Source of the DNA: Octopus bimaculoides
Taxonomy: Eukaryota
Length of the DNA: 64,000 bases
Assembly: GCF_001194135.2 (NCBI RefSeq)
Contig: NC_068991.1
Span: forward strand, 72,460,466 to 72,524,465
Direction: 5' to 3'
The position numbers were made by a program, and so were the translations under genes. The notes beneath the pieces are model-generated. The model was given only the letters and a program-made list of their open reading frames with translations. It ran no database searches and was not told the DNA's origin. Every line of letters starts with the position of its first letter. Positions within the stretch are counted from its first letter, which is position 1. Below, one piece after another: positions 25,349 through 37,581 of the stretch.

Positions 25349-25561
25349 GTGTTTGTGTGTCTGTGTTTGTTCCCCCAACATCGCTTGACAACCGATGCTG
25401 GTGTGTTTACGTCCCCGTAACTTAGCGGTTCGGCAAAAGAGACCGATAGAATAAGTACTAGGCTTCCAAAGAATAAGTCCTGGGGTCGATTTGCTCGACT
25501 AAAAGCTGTGCTCCAGCATGACCACAGTCAAAAGACTGAAACAAGTAAAAGAATAAAAGAG
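25144..25561 (+). mobile_element. SINE family A, full length
   Basis: Colinear and highly similar to 21217-21673. Confidence 0.85.
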
Positions 25562-26974
25562 TATCCATCTTGAGGAACACTATTGTTAAGCTATTCACAT
25601 TAGAAAGTATGTGCTGGAAGGTTTGGTAATGTTAGAATAGATCCAAGACCACTGATAGAAAATATTCTTGCAGAAGCAATACTACTTTTGGACTCCAGGC
25701 AAAAGGTCCTCTTTAAATTCAAGGGGTTTGCAAGTGGGTTCTTTTTCTTTTTACTAAGATACTCCAGTCCTCTCCTTAGCTATCCTGGTCCTGGACTGAT
25801 GTCCTGGATAACCCTATATTTCTGAGGCCCTGACTAGATCTCTTTGGTAAAGGATGAAAATGCACATGTGTAGTTTGCAGAAGGGTGACAAGATTTTTGG
25901 ATGTGCTTTGTTCAAAGATGCTTTTGGTTTGAAAGGTAGTCTTCTGGCAAGAATTTTGTCCACAGTTGGTGACTGTGTACTTGATATTTAAAAGGAGAGA
26001 GACTCATGAAGTTGAAAAGACATTGCCTTTCATCTTTTCAGTACCAGTTGCATACTGGGGTCAATCTAATCGACTACCCCCACCAAAAAAAAAAAAAAAA
26101 TGTTGGGCCCTGTGTCTAGAGTAGAAAAGATATTTTCATTATCACGGTATAGATTTTATTTGATATTTACTTACATTTTTTTGGATTGACGCAACCTGTA
26201 TCAATAATATACAGGTTTTAAGATGACTTATGAAGGAATAAAAAAATTNNNNNNNNNNNNNNNNNNNNNNNNNNNNNNNNNNNNNNNNNNNNNNNNNNNN
26301 NNNNNNNNNNNNNNNNNNNNNNNNNNNNNNNNNNNNNNNNNNNNNNNNNNNNNNNNNNNNNNNNNNNNNNNNNNNNNNNNNNNNNNNNNNNNNNNNNNNN
26401 NNNNNNNNNNNNNNNNNNNNNNNNNNNNNNNNNNNNNNNNNNNNNNNNNNNNNNNNNNNNNNNNNNNNNNNNNNNNNNNNNNNNNNNNNNNNNNNNNNNN
26501 NNNNNNNNNNNNNNNNNNNNNNNNNNNNNNNNNNNNNNNNNNNNNNNNNNNNNNNNNNNNNNNNNNNNNNNNNNNNNNNNNNNNNNNNNNNNNNNNNNNN
26601 NNNNNNNNNNNNNNNNNNNNNNNNNNNNNNNNNNNNNNNNNNNNNNNNNNNNNNNNNNNNNNNNNNNNNNNNNNNNNNNNNNNNNNNNNNNNNNNNNNNN
26701 NNNNNNNNNNNNNNNNNNNNNNNNNNNNNNNNNTTGTATATAAATGCATCATAATTAAATAAGGAATGCATAAAAACATTTTGAAATGTTGTGTTTATTC
26801 ACAACGATTTTTGCAAAATAGTAGCTATTATATGATACTTCATGCCTGGTTGATCTCCTGTGAACATTGCACCATTTTTCTGAGTGCAAAAAATATCAAA
26901 TGAAAGTATTTAGAAACAATATCCAAGATATGAATAATTCTAAAGTTCATCTTATGTCCTTCAGTGTACTTTAA

Positions 26975-27211
26975 TCCTTTAGCACTTAAGCCGACTATAT
27001 CCAGCCACAATATTCTACCTGTTTTATCCTCAGATCAGCCAGATATGGCCTTTTGAACCTACCCTACAATGTCATTTTAAAAATATGCAATCACATCGTT
27101 GAAATCTTGGGGCTACAAGATAATTAATCATGCATTATAATGCATGATTAAGTCAAAACAATGTGAATAAATAAGCATTACTTTTGACAGAGTAATCCGA
27201 ATGCTGAAGGG
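26975..27211. mobile_element. piggyBac-type MITE family 1, same orientation as 19642
   Basis: TTAA|TCCTTTAGCACT...AATGCTGAAGGG|TTAA; same interior. Confidence 0.8.
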
Positions 27212-27422
27212 TTAATTCAGGAGGAAAAGTACCATAGCCATGTTAGAGCCTTTGATTCTTGGCTGAAGAAGTGATACTTCAAACCACACCACTGGTATTC
27301 TTATTGCTGCCCTCAACAGTGTCCGTATTGAGTCTCATGGGCAGTCTTCTGACCTTTTCTATCCAAAGAGAGGGGTCTTTTCTTAATCGAATATTTACAT
27401 GCTATTATTTATTACTTTACCA

Positions 27423-27645
27423 ATATGGTGAACTGGCAAAATTGTTGTGGCACCAGACAAAATCCTTAGCAGCATTTCATCTGCTTCTTTATATTCTGAG
27501 TTCAAATACCACTGAGATTGACTTGACCCTTTTCATCCTTTAGGGGTCAATAAAATAAGTACCTGTTAAGCACTGGGGGTGATGTAATCAACTTACTTCT
27601 CCCCTCAAAATTGTTGGCCTTGCGCCAAAACTAGAAAGAATTATT
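27423..27645 (+). mobile_element. SINE family C
   Basis: ggtgaactggcaaaattg...gagttcaaatacc...aataagtacc...ggccttgcgccaaaactagaaagaattatt. Confidence 0.75.
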
Positions 27646-27850
27646 TTGTAGCTTTATCTACTTCGAGTTTCAATGTTTAAAAAAAAAAACCCAACAAATT
27701 ATCTCAGATCTCTCGAAGCTTCTAAATTCTTCTAAATTCTGTATGTGTGTGTTTCTGTCTGTCTCTCTCTGTCTGTCTGTCTCTCTCTGTCTGTCTCTCT
27801 CCCTCTGTCTGTCTGTCTGTCTGTCTGTCTCTCATATATATATATAAATT

Positions 27851-28154
27851 GTGCGTGAGAAGACCCGGCAAGCCAAGTGAGATCGTTGCCAGTGCCCCTG
27901 GACTGGCTCTTGTGCGGGTGGCACATAAGATGTACCATCTTGAGCGTGACCGTTGCCAGTACCGCCCGACTGGCCTCCGTAGGATTTTTGAGCGAGATTG
28001 TTGCCAGTGCCCCTGGACTGGCTCTTGTGCGGGTGGCACGTAAAAGACACCATTTCGAGCGTGGCCGTTTTCGTGCGGGTGACACGTAAAAGCACCCACT
28101 ACACTCTCTGAGTGGTTGGCGTTAGGAAGGGCATCCAGCTGTAGAAACTCTGCC
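27851..28154 (+). mobile_element. Family B element with duplicated 5' sub-repeats, cut by gap
   Basis: Two copies of gaga(t)c/tgttgccagtgcccctggactggctcttgtgcgggtggcac, then the family-B body. Confidence 0.75.
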
Positions 28155-29760
28155 NNNNNNNNNNNNNNNNNNNNNNNNNNNNNNNNNNNNNNNNNNNNNN
28201 NNNNNNNNNNNNNNNNNNNNNNNNNNNNNNNNNNNNNNNNNNNNNNNNNNNNNNNNNNNNNNNNNNNNNNNNNNNNNNNNNNNNNNNNNNNNNNNNNNNN
28301 NNNNNNNNNNNNNNNNNNNNNNNNNNNNNNNNNNNNNNNNNNNNNNNNNNNNNNNNNNNNNNNNNNNNNNNNNNNNNNNNNNNNNNNNNNNNNNNNNNNN
28401 NNNNNNNNNNNNNNNNNNNNNNNNNNNNNNNNNNNNNNNNNNNNNNNNNNNNNNNNNNNNNNNNNNNNNNNNNNNNNNNNNNNNNNNNNNNNNNNNNNNN
28501 NNNNNNNNNNNNNNNNNNNNNNNNNNNNNNNNNNNNNNNNNNNNNNNNNNNNNNNNNNNNNNNNNNNNNNNNNNNNNNNNNNNNNNNNNNNNNNNNNNNN
28601 NNNNNNNNNNNNNNNNNNNNNNNNNNNNNNNNNNNNNNNNNNNNNNNNNNNNNNNNNNNNNNNNNNNNNNNNNNNNNNNNNNNNNNNNNNNNNNNNNNNN
28701 NNNNNNNNNNNNNNNNNNNCTAAAAATGGCTTTAACCCCCACCCCCACCTCCATCTGCATCCAATCCACTCAATGTAGGCTCAAAACTCACTCAAAACGG
28801 TATGTGTGTTTACAAAATGTGTGCTGCCATCTATTGGTAAACAATTGCTTACAGTATGTTTATATCGAGTGTGGCTGCAATAAATTTTTTATAAAGTTAG
28901 CATAAAGTTATACAGGTTAATGAAGGAATTAAAACTTTATCTTAGTGGTAATTTATTCTACAAAAGTATAGCCTAGGCTAGGGTGCATCCTATGCACTTG
29001 TGTGTCTTATAGGCCATCATATACGGTAATTCAAAAGTTTTGCTGGAACATAGAATTATTATAGAAACAAATGTAATCATTATCAAGTAGAAATTGATAC
29101 TTTATATTTCACTTTAGAGTTGAATAATCTCTCTAAATACTGCTACATCATGGAACCAAAGGCATTGGTATAGAAGCAAATAATATTTGGTTAACCATTT
29201 TTTTTTTTTCCCTAAGAAAGTCAGTGTTTTTAATTGGCACTTCAACAATATATCCAACTGTGTTTTTACTGCAAGCTGGAATTGAACTTGCATTTGTTTG
29301 TTTAAAGAATTAAGTGAACATTTGCATGACTTGGCTAATTCTTTGATTTGCTTTCTCTATTTGAAAATTAGCATTATCTGAATGTAAGAAAATACTACTA
29401 AATATTTTTGGAAAATTTCTTTGAGAAAAACTAAGAACCTGCTTAGTGCATGAAGTCTTGACATCGAGAAGAATTTGGTTGTGTTTGTGCAATCAAATTG
29501 CTTCCAAATTTCTTTTCTTTTTCCTCACTTTTTTCTATTTCCTTTTTATCTCTTTTTTTATTTATTTTACTCATTTCAACTGGCATTCATATCTCTATCA
29601 GTATTCTACATGTATATATTTTTGCTTTGTTTTTGTAAAATTGAAAAAAACAAAAAGAAATGTATTCACATGAAAATAAGAAATAAGTTATTAAAAAATG
29701 AAACGGTGGTATCATTGTGATCGTTATTGTTGTCATCATCATTGTTGTTGTCGTCGTCGT

Positions 29761-30000
29761 CATCGTCATTTTGTCATGCATTTCTCTATGCTTGCATGGG
29801 TGGGATGGAACTCATTGAGGCAGATTTTCTATGACTGGATGCTCTTCCTCTCACCAACCGTCACTTGTTTCCAGCCAAGGTTATGTTTCCCCATAGCTGG
29901 ACATGTTTTTATGAAACATTGGAAATGAATGACACAGCTTGTATGATGGTGACTCTCGTTTACAACTGTCATGTGATATCAAAACAAAGAGACACAAACA
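29761..30000 (-). mobile_element. SINE A' 3' half
   Basis: Aligns to 24551-24790 (cagattttcta, gaaatgaacgacac). Confidence 0.65.
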
Positions 30001-30262
30001 CTCTCTCTCTCTCTGTCATACACACACATATACACACACACACATATCTATGTTCTGTAAAGCATTGAATAACATATCTGTTTTCTACTCATTATTATTG
30101 TTTCTATTATTTGGCTTGTATTCCCCACACTAGCCTATCCCATGGTTGATACCCTGCATTATACTACACTGGATGCTGGGGTGGAGTATAGATCCCACAA
30201 CTGTACCCTATCTTTGGTTATGTGCAATGCCTCACATTGCCCTTTTTGTGATATACGTATGT

Positions 30263-30366
30263 CATTGTTCAGTTTTGTTTCAAGATTCCTTGTCATTAGA
30301 GAAAGAGTTGGTTTCTAAACTAGATTCGAGGCTCCTTCATTGAAATTTCAACATCAACAACAGGGT
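30263..30366 (-). mobile_element. Second copy of the same RLE-LINE 3' UTR (short 5'-truncated insertion)
   Basis: cattgttcagttttgtttcaagattccttgtcattagagaaagagttggtttctaaactagatt...tttcaacatcaacaacagggt aligns with 44233-44325; TATG sequence on both sides. Confidence 0.7.
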
Positions 30367-30448
30367 TATGTATGTATGTATGTATGTATGTATGTATGTA
30401 TGCATGTATGTATGTATGAATGTATGTATGTATGTATGAATGTATGTA

Positions 30449-30729
30449 TCTTTTGCTGAACTGCTAAGTTACAGGGATGTAAACATGCCAACATCTGTTG
30501 TCAAGCGATGGTGGGGGGACAAGCACAGACACACAAACACACACACACACACACATATATTTGTACAAAGGGTTTCTTTCAGTTTCCATCTACCAAATCC
30601 GCTCACATGGCTTTGGTCGGCCCGAGGCTATAGTAGAAGACACTTGCCCAAGGTGCCATGCAGTGAGACTGAACCCAGAACCATGTGGTTGGGAAACAAG
30701 CATCTTACCACACACCCACACCTGTGCCT
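30449..30729 (-). mobile_element. SINE family A with its tail cut at a (TATG)n array
   Basis: Head and mid-body match family A; sequence stops at tcttttgctgaa next to (TATG)n. Confidence 0.8.
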
Positions 30730-30837
30730 GCTTGTTCGTTCTTTCTTTCTACATGCACAGATATATATTTATATATCTATATGTATACATACACACACAC
30801 CTATATGCATTTATCTCTCTCTCTATTTCTCTCTCTC

Positions 30838-30907
<70 letters not shown>

Positions 30908-30981
30908 AGAATAAGGGCAGGGAATCGTCAATTAGTAATAGAATTAATAATTAACAATTTTGCCAAGTAGTTCATTAATAT

Positions 30982-31181
30982 CTTAACCGCGAAACGTTCA
31001 TATCCAATTAACTAAAGGCAGGTTTGTTTTTGCTTTTCACTCTGGTTTTTTGTTCTATGTGTGCCATAAATATCGCCATCCATTTAGAGAAAAATTTGTA
31101 GTTTAGAATCAGTAGTTCTTTGACTGCTATTTCTAAATTTTCAGTATGTTGGAGAAGCAACTCAATGCTAATCCCTGTATA
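30982..31181 (+). mobile_element. Second copy of the Penelope-like pLTR (3' half of hammerhead plus tail)
   Basis: cttaaccgcGAAACgttcatatccaattaactaaaggcagg...ctaatccctgtata matches the reverse complement of 46994-47192. Both copies end at the same base next to TA-rich sequence. Confidence 0.6.
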
Positions 31182-31695
31182 TTTATATATATATGTATGT
31201 ATGTATGTATGCTATGTAAGTATGTATATCTTTTTATTAGCTGTGAAGCTCATAACTGAATCAGAGTTCTAGAGTTTCACACTGAAATACACAGTAAACT
31301 TGTCTGAAGAGGATGATTCACTCTTTTGCTCTCAAACTTCATTGGTATCTGCAATCTTTCCCAAAAAAAGATGAATAACCAAATTTACATGCACACACAC
31401 ACACACACACATGCACTGGGTAGTATAGATATCCTTAGTCATGTGGCTAATGTGTCTGCTGATAAAAAAGTAGGAAAACAAATCTATTCGGCTATGATGT
31501 GTTATTTTAGAATTTAAGGGTTTTCTTTCGGCTTGTTACATCTAAGGGACAGCGTAACTGAGACAAGAATCATCCGATGTAAATATAGCGTGTAATTCAT
31601 CCTTTGTTCTGATGAATCTGAATTCTGTTGTCCTCAAGGTGAAGCATCTTGCAAGTTGTGAAGATTCTTTGAAATATAAAATAAACATACATGCA

Positions 31696-32070
31696 GGCGT
31701 AAACATGGCTGTGTGGTAAGAAGCTTGCTTCACAACAACATGGTTCCGGGCTCAGTCCCACTGTGTGGCACCTTGGGCAAGTGTCTTCTACTATAGCCTC
31801 AGGCCGACCAAAGCCTTGTGAGTGGATTTGGTAGATGGAAACTGAAAGAAGCCCGTCGTATATATGTATATATATATATATATTTATGTGTGTGTATATG
31901 TTTGTGTGTCTATGTTTGTTCCCCCCACCATCGCTTGACAATAGATGTTGGTTGTGTTTACATCTCTGTAACTTAGCAGTTCAGCAAAAGAGCCCGATAG
32001 AATAAGTACTAGGCTTACAAAGAATAAGTCCTGGGGTCGATTTGTCCGACTAAAGGTGGTGCTCCAGCAT
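31696..32070 (+). mobile_element. SINE family A, 3' end lost in gap
   Basis: Colinear with 21217-21673 up to gtgctccagcat. Confidence 0.85.
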
Positions 32071-32900
32071 NNNNNNNNNNNNNNNNNNNNNNNNNNNNNN
32101 NNNNNNNNNNNNNNNNNNNNNNNNNNNNNNNNNNNNNNNNNNNNNNNNNNNNNNNNNNNNNNNNNNNNNNNNNNNNNNNNNNNNNNNNNNNNNNNNNNNN
32201 NNNNNNNNNNNNNNNNNNNNNNNNNNNNNNNNNNNNNNNNNNNNNNNNNNNNNNNNNNNNNNNNNNNNNNNNNNNNNNNNNNNNNNNNNNNNNNNNNNNN
32301 NNNNNNNNNNNNNNNNNNNNNNNNNNNNNNNNNNNNNNNNNNNNNNNNNNNNNNNNNNNNNNNNNNNNNNNNNNNNNNNNNNNNNNNNNNNNNNNNNNNN
32401 NNNNNNNNNNNNNNNNNNNNNNNNNNNNNNNNNNNNNNNNNNNNNNNNNNNNNNNNNNNNNNNNNNNNNNNNNNNNNNNNNNNNNNNNNNNNNNNNNNNN
32501 NNNNNNNNNNNNNNNNNNNNNNNNNNNNNNNNNNNNNNNNNNNNNNNNNNNNNNNNNNNNNNNNNNNNNNNNNNNNNNNNNNNNNNNNNNNNNNNNNNNN
32601 NNNNNNNNNNNNNNNNNNNNNNNNNNNNNNNNNNNNNNNNNNNNNNNNNNNNNNNNNNNNNNNNNNNNNNNNNNNNNNNNNNNNNNNNNNNNNNNNNNNN
32701 NNNNNNNNNNNNNNNNNNNNNNNNNNNNNNNNNNNNNNNNNNNNNNNNNNNNNNNNNNNNNNNNNNNNNNNNNNNNNNNNNNNNNNNNNNNNNNNNNNNN
32801 NNNNNNNNNNNNNNNNNNNNNNNNNNNNNNNNNNNNNNNNNNNNNNNNNNNNNNNNNNNNNNNNNNNNNNNNNNNNNNNNNNNNNNNNNNNNNNNNNNNN

Positions 32901-33015
32901 TCCATGGGTTCCCTCAACTGTTAGGGTGTGGCACTTTTTCACGCAGCTATCCTCATCCATTCTCACCACATGTCCATACCAGCGCAATCGTCTCTCTTGC
33001 ACACCACAACTGATG
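32901..33015 (-). mobile_element. RTE-clade LINE C-terminal fragment
   Basis: Minus frame ISCGVQERRLRWYGHVVRMDEDSCVKKCHTLTVEGTHG carries the RTE R.LRW.GHV.RM motif; runs into the gap. Confidence 0.85.
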
Positions 33016-33029
33016 CTTATATATATACA

Positions 33030-33069
<40 letters not shown>

Positions 33070-33746
33070 TATAAATACACATACACACATATGTGCAGAA
33101 TGGTTATTTGCGCTGCATACAAAAAAATTTATTCTTTATATGTTCTGGCAGATTCAAAAGCAAAGTATGCTAGTTGTTGTTGTATAAATCACAGGAGAAC
33201 ACACTGTCATTGAAACAGGGAGAATTTGTCCTCTTGTGACCAACACAACAACCACTAGCATATTTTGTGTCTAAATCTGCTGCAACGTATTAAGATTGAA
33301 TATGCAAATCATCATTATATGTGTACATGAGTATATAGTCATATATATGTGTACACACACAATCACACACTCATACACCCCCCACACACAGATAAACACA
33401 CACACACTCACACACACATAATTCAGTTGAATTCATTTTATGTTTTCTCTTTATGCTGCTGATATTTTTCTTTATGTGTGTAGCAGTGATTGTTTCCATA
33501 GAAACAATGTCAAACCGGTTCATTTACTTTCATTTCATTCTTTGGTATTCCATTTCCTGCTTATACTATATCAGTTTGTTTTGTATACGTTATTCAGTCA
33601 TATCAAATTCTATCGTTTATCACCACTCTAAATATTATATTTTTTCCCCATTTTTTGTGCGTGATATCATTCACTATTTTAACATTTGAGATCACGCAAG
33701 CATCATACTATAAATAACCTACTATCTTTAAAAATATTTCACTATA

Positions 33747-33907
33747 GGTGCATGCGTGGCTGTGTGGTAAAAATCTTGCTTCGCAACCACATGGTTTTGG
33801 GTTCAGTCCCACTATGTGGCACCTTGGGCAAGTGTCTTCTACTATAACTTAGGGCTAACCAAAGCCTTGTAAGTGGATTTGGCAGACGGAAACTGAAAGA
33901 AGCCTGT

Positions 33908-33909
<2 letters not shown>
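33747..33909 (+). mobile_element. SINE family A, 5' half only
   Basis: Head through gaaactgaaagaagcc, then (TA)n and unrelated sequence. Confidence 0.75.
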
Positions 33910-33943
<34 letters not shown>

Positions 33944-34167
33944 CAAAATTTAAAGCAAACAGAAAATGGAGAAATATTGATGAACAACAATTGTCTTACA
34001 TCAATTATTATTTATTAATTCAATACAAATAAACTGCATCCCATAACTTCCTGTCTTCTCACCAGTTTTTGAGGCTCTGAAAAATTTTAAGGGTCATGGA
34101 TGCAACCCTTCCTTTGCTGAATAAGTGGTAAAAGGGAAGACAGAAAGGATCTTGTTCATGAGATGAG

Positions 34168-34248
34168 GTGCTGCATCATGATGGTGAAATGTGGAAGTTG
34201 AATATGGAAGACGTGCAGAGGCTAGAGAGAAATGTGTCAAATATATGT
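34168..34248 (+). mobile_element. RTE LINE fragment
   Basis: VLHHDGEMWKLNMEDVQRLERNVSNIC resembles RTE MLHGSETW.L...D..RLERN. Confidence 0.6.
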
Positions 34249-34254
34249 TACTTG

Positions 34255-34460
34255 CTTAAGCTCTTTGCTCCATATGGAATATAGGCCATTGAGGACTTTT
34301 CTCCACTGTTCACTGTTATGGGCTGTTGTTAAGTCCCAAGTCTTGTTGGTTTTGAATTGTCATCAGTGCTTCTAAAACTTTGATTTTTCTAGGTAGAGGT
34401 GCTGACTGTATGCAAGAGGTGTTCCATATTAGTCTGGCCTCTCTCCTTTGACTTGTCCAG
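34255..34460 (-). mobile_element. RTE LINE 3' end, degraded
   Basis: Minus strand aacagtggagaaaagtcctcaatggcctatattccata (QWRKVLNGLYS); similar to 59808-59850 on the plus strand. Confidence 0.5.
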
Positions 34461-37400
34461 CATGTATATCTGTGTGTGTATGTGTGTGTGTGTGTGAGTG
34501 AACAAATAAATAGAAGCAGTATTTAAAACATATATTTGGAATTGTATTTATTGAATGATACATTGACTTAGCTCCTCCCATTATTTAACGTTCCGTGAAA
34601 CCATTAATGTCAAATGCCTGATGAAACAGATACATGGAATAAAGGCATACTCATGATCTGTAAATATACTATGAATAATATTTAACAATATCCTATGGCT
34701 GTGTGGATATAGTTGCATTTAACAGAATAAGCTGAATGCTAAAGGGTTAAGCGGAATCTTAATGACACCAATCTCACCAGTCTGAGAAGCCCTACAGAGG
34801 TCACGTGCACTGTCTCTTTCTCCAAATGCAGCAAGTTAAGAAAAAAGACAACAACAACAACAAACAAACACCTGCCAAGGATTTAGTAAAAACCAAACAA
34901 TTATGGGATTACTATGGAAAAGAGTATATAAGTTATTATCATGAAATCTGATATTTGCCAAGGGGCTTCTTATTGTATATTGGTAATTACACCGAGGTGT
35001 TAACAAAGGAAACACAGGTTTGTTCCTCAAAAGGCACTTTTTATTGACTTTTGCATTGTCATTGTATGAAAGTGCAAAGATACTTGGTTTTAAAAATATA
35101 ATATTATATATGCCATGTTTCCAAATGAATCCTAGATTCATATATCATTGACAGGAAATAGAATATAATTTCAATTACAATCACAAGAATTTTGGGAAAT
35201 GTTGATTAGAATCTGTCCAATCATGTGTGAAATATACATTCAGATATCTTGAGTTTAGATGTTTGGGTTAGGAAGGAGGAGGAAGAGGAGGAGGAATAGT
35301 GTAGTAGATTTGTTATCTTTCATATGATAGTCTTTCTTAATAGCAAGCTGCCTGATGTAAAAGCATCTGGGTTTTTTTTTTTTTTTTTTTTACCTGTTTA
35401 GAAAGTATTCAATTTTCAAATTAAACATTTTACCATGATTTCCTTTGAGTACTTTTTGTTAAGTTAATGTTTCAAATATTTAACCCTTTTATTACCTTAT
35501 ATCTGTAGATCATTATCAACGCCTCCATCACCACCATTACCTCCTGTGTGTGTGTGTGTGTGTATATGCACATGTTTGTAAGTGTTTACAGTTTGTGCTT
35601 ACATGCATGAAAAATTGCCGAGTTATGAACTGTTATTCTCTGTTGTCCCTTTCCCTGTCACCCTGCTTAGTATGAAAACTCCTGTGCTTAAGAGCAGGTA
35701 AGGATTGGTGATAGGAAGGCCATCTGGCTGTAAAAACAATGCCTCAACAATGTGTATTCATCTAACTCATACTAGCATGGTAAAACAGACATACAAAAAT
35801 CTCTAATCGATGAAGAGTTCTTATAAGCATAATTATTTTATTTGTCTTAACTTCTAATTAGTTTTTATCAAATAATGACTTATAGTATCAATATGATTGA
35901 TTGAAAAGAATAATGAATTTCTATTAGATTATTGTTGTAGTTTGACTCCAGGTCTTCCCTGATTAAGCAGACCAGCGATCAATGACTCTCTAGCCATGAC
36001 CATCTTGTCTTGTTTGAGGTAGACTGTACTTCAGACTACATTATCCAATATGTGTTTTTTTTTTTGAATGTCAGTAGTGTTTTGTTTTAGGGAGAGTCGG
36101 TTGCTATTTCTAGCAGACAAAGTGGTGATGTAGAATTTCCGTTTGGCTCAGGTTGTATTAGGTTTTTGAATATGACATGAAGGAGATGAAGGTTAAATTT
36201 CATTATAGAATGTGTATAACAGTCTATCACAGCTAATGTTCCTATATATACATATTGTTGATGAACCAGGGAGTGTAGAATAAAGTGCCCTGATCAGAAA
36301 GCAGATGGCTTTGATTTACAAACTATAGGCTTGTTAGTCAAATTAGTGCCTTCTCGATTAAGCTATTTCACTTTTACAGTTTATATATGCAATAATTTAC
36401 ACACACAAAAAAAAATATATACATGCTCATAAACATTCATACTGTTTCACATGCATGTTATGAATTTATATCATTTTCAAGATTATTTATTATTTGGAAA
36501 ACTTTCTAATTTAATTTATTCTTAATTAAACTTTTTCTTCATTTTACTTTCTTATTTAAAAAAAAAAAATTATTAATTAAATTTTTTTCTTTATTTCTTT
36601 TATACTTTTTTTTATATGCCATCATCTTCATTTTGCTATCTGCTTAATCAGATTTTTCCTTAATTGTCACCAAATTATCGAACCCAGTTTAATCTTTGGA
36701 ATAAAATATATTATTTTTCCATTGAAAGCTAGATTCTTTTTCATAAAAATTAGTCAGAAAATGCAATGTTTATAACAGTAATTCTCCTCTATTAATAATT
36801 ATTATTCTTTATCTCTCTGAAATACACATTTGAAATTTCATATATTTAAACATTTAATAGTTACTCACGATTTGAAATGAAAAAAATATCTTCTGACCCA
36901 AAGTAATCCATGAGATTAAAATTAAAAAAATAGATTAAACATTTATTCTATATAGCTGGAGTTTAAGATTGGTAACTTTGGAAATGCTCCAGGACTGTTT
37001 CTTCTTTATTAAAAAAAAAAACCCCAAAACAACGAATAAATCTTTCATAATTACATGAAAACATAGGAGTTGCCTAAAAATTGTTTTCTTTTATTTGCTC
37101 ACATGAAAGATATCATGAAACAAACTGTTTTTCTTCTTCTTATTCAACACAAACTTAATCTTACGTTCATTCATTAGTACTGACTGTTTTGAAAAATGTA
37201 TCTTTTTTTTAAAATTTATTTTTAATTAGGCAATTAAATAAGATATGAATAAGAAATACACAGGAAAGTGACTAACAATCGTAAATAAAGAATACAGAAT
37301 ATACATCCATTTAAATAAGACAAAATATCTTTAAATATTTGGACGAGGAGAATAAATATATTTTCATTTAGATTCCCATATTGTGGTATTTTCAAGCTCA

Positions 37401-37530
37401 TGCTGTCATATAAATGCGAAAAAAAAAAAGAGAAAGAATAATATTTAAAAAAAAAAATCAATGCAAAATATTTTATTTACTTGTTGGAAATTTTTGTTAC
37501 ATGGGTAAGTCATATTTTTCTCCCATTTAG

Positions 37531-37581
37531 ACTGCAGATAAATCGTAGATCACAATTACTGTCTGCGATTGGGGTGACAAG
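37531..37581 (+). CDS. Candidate 51-nt cassette exon, phase 2-2, (A)LQINRRSQLLSAIGVT
   Basis: Acceptor tttttctcccatttag|, donor AAG|gtaagt, 22/51 GC in very AT-rich flanks. The only stop-free frame matches the phase-2 end of exon 13093-13127. No homology support. Confidence 0.42.

Noticed and set aside
27879-28090. Direct repeats resembling a CRISPR array
   Set aside because: Eukaryotic intron; the repeats are internal duplications of a SINE with no unique spacers and no cas genes.
34721-34750. Isolated gaatgctaaagggTTAA end (also TIR-like bits at 13388 and 35481)
   Set aside because: Single TIR remnants with no partner end; not called as elements.
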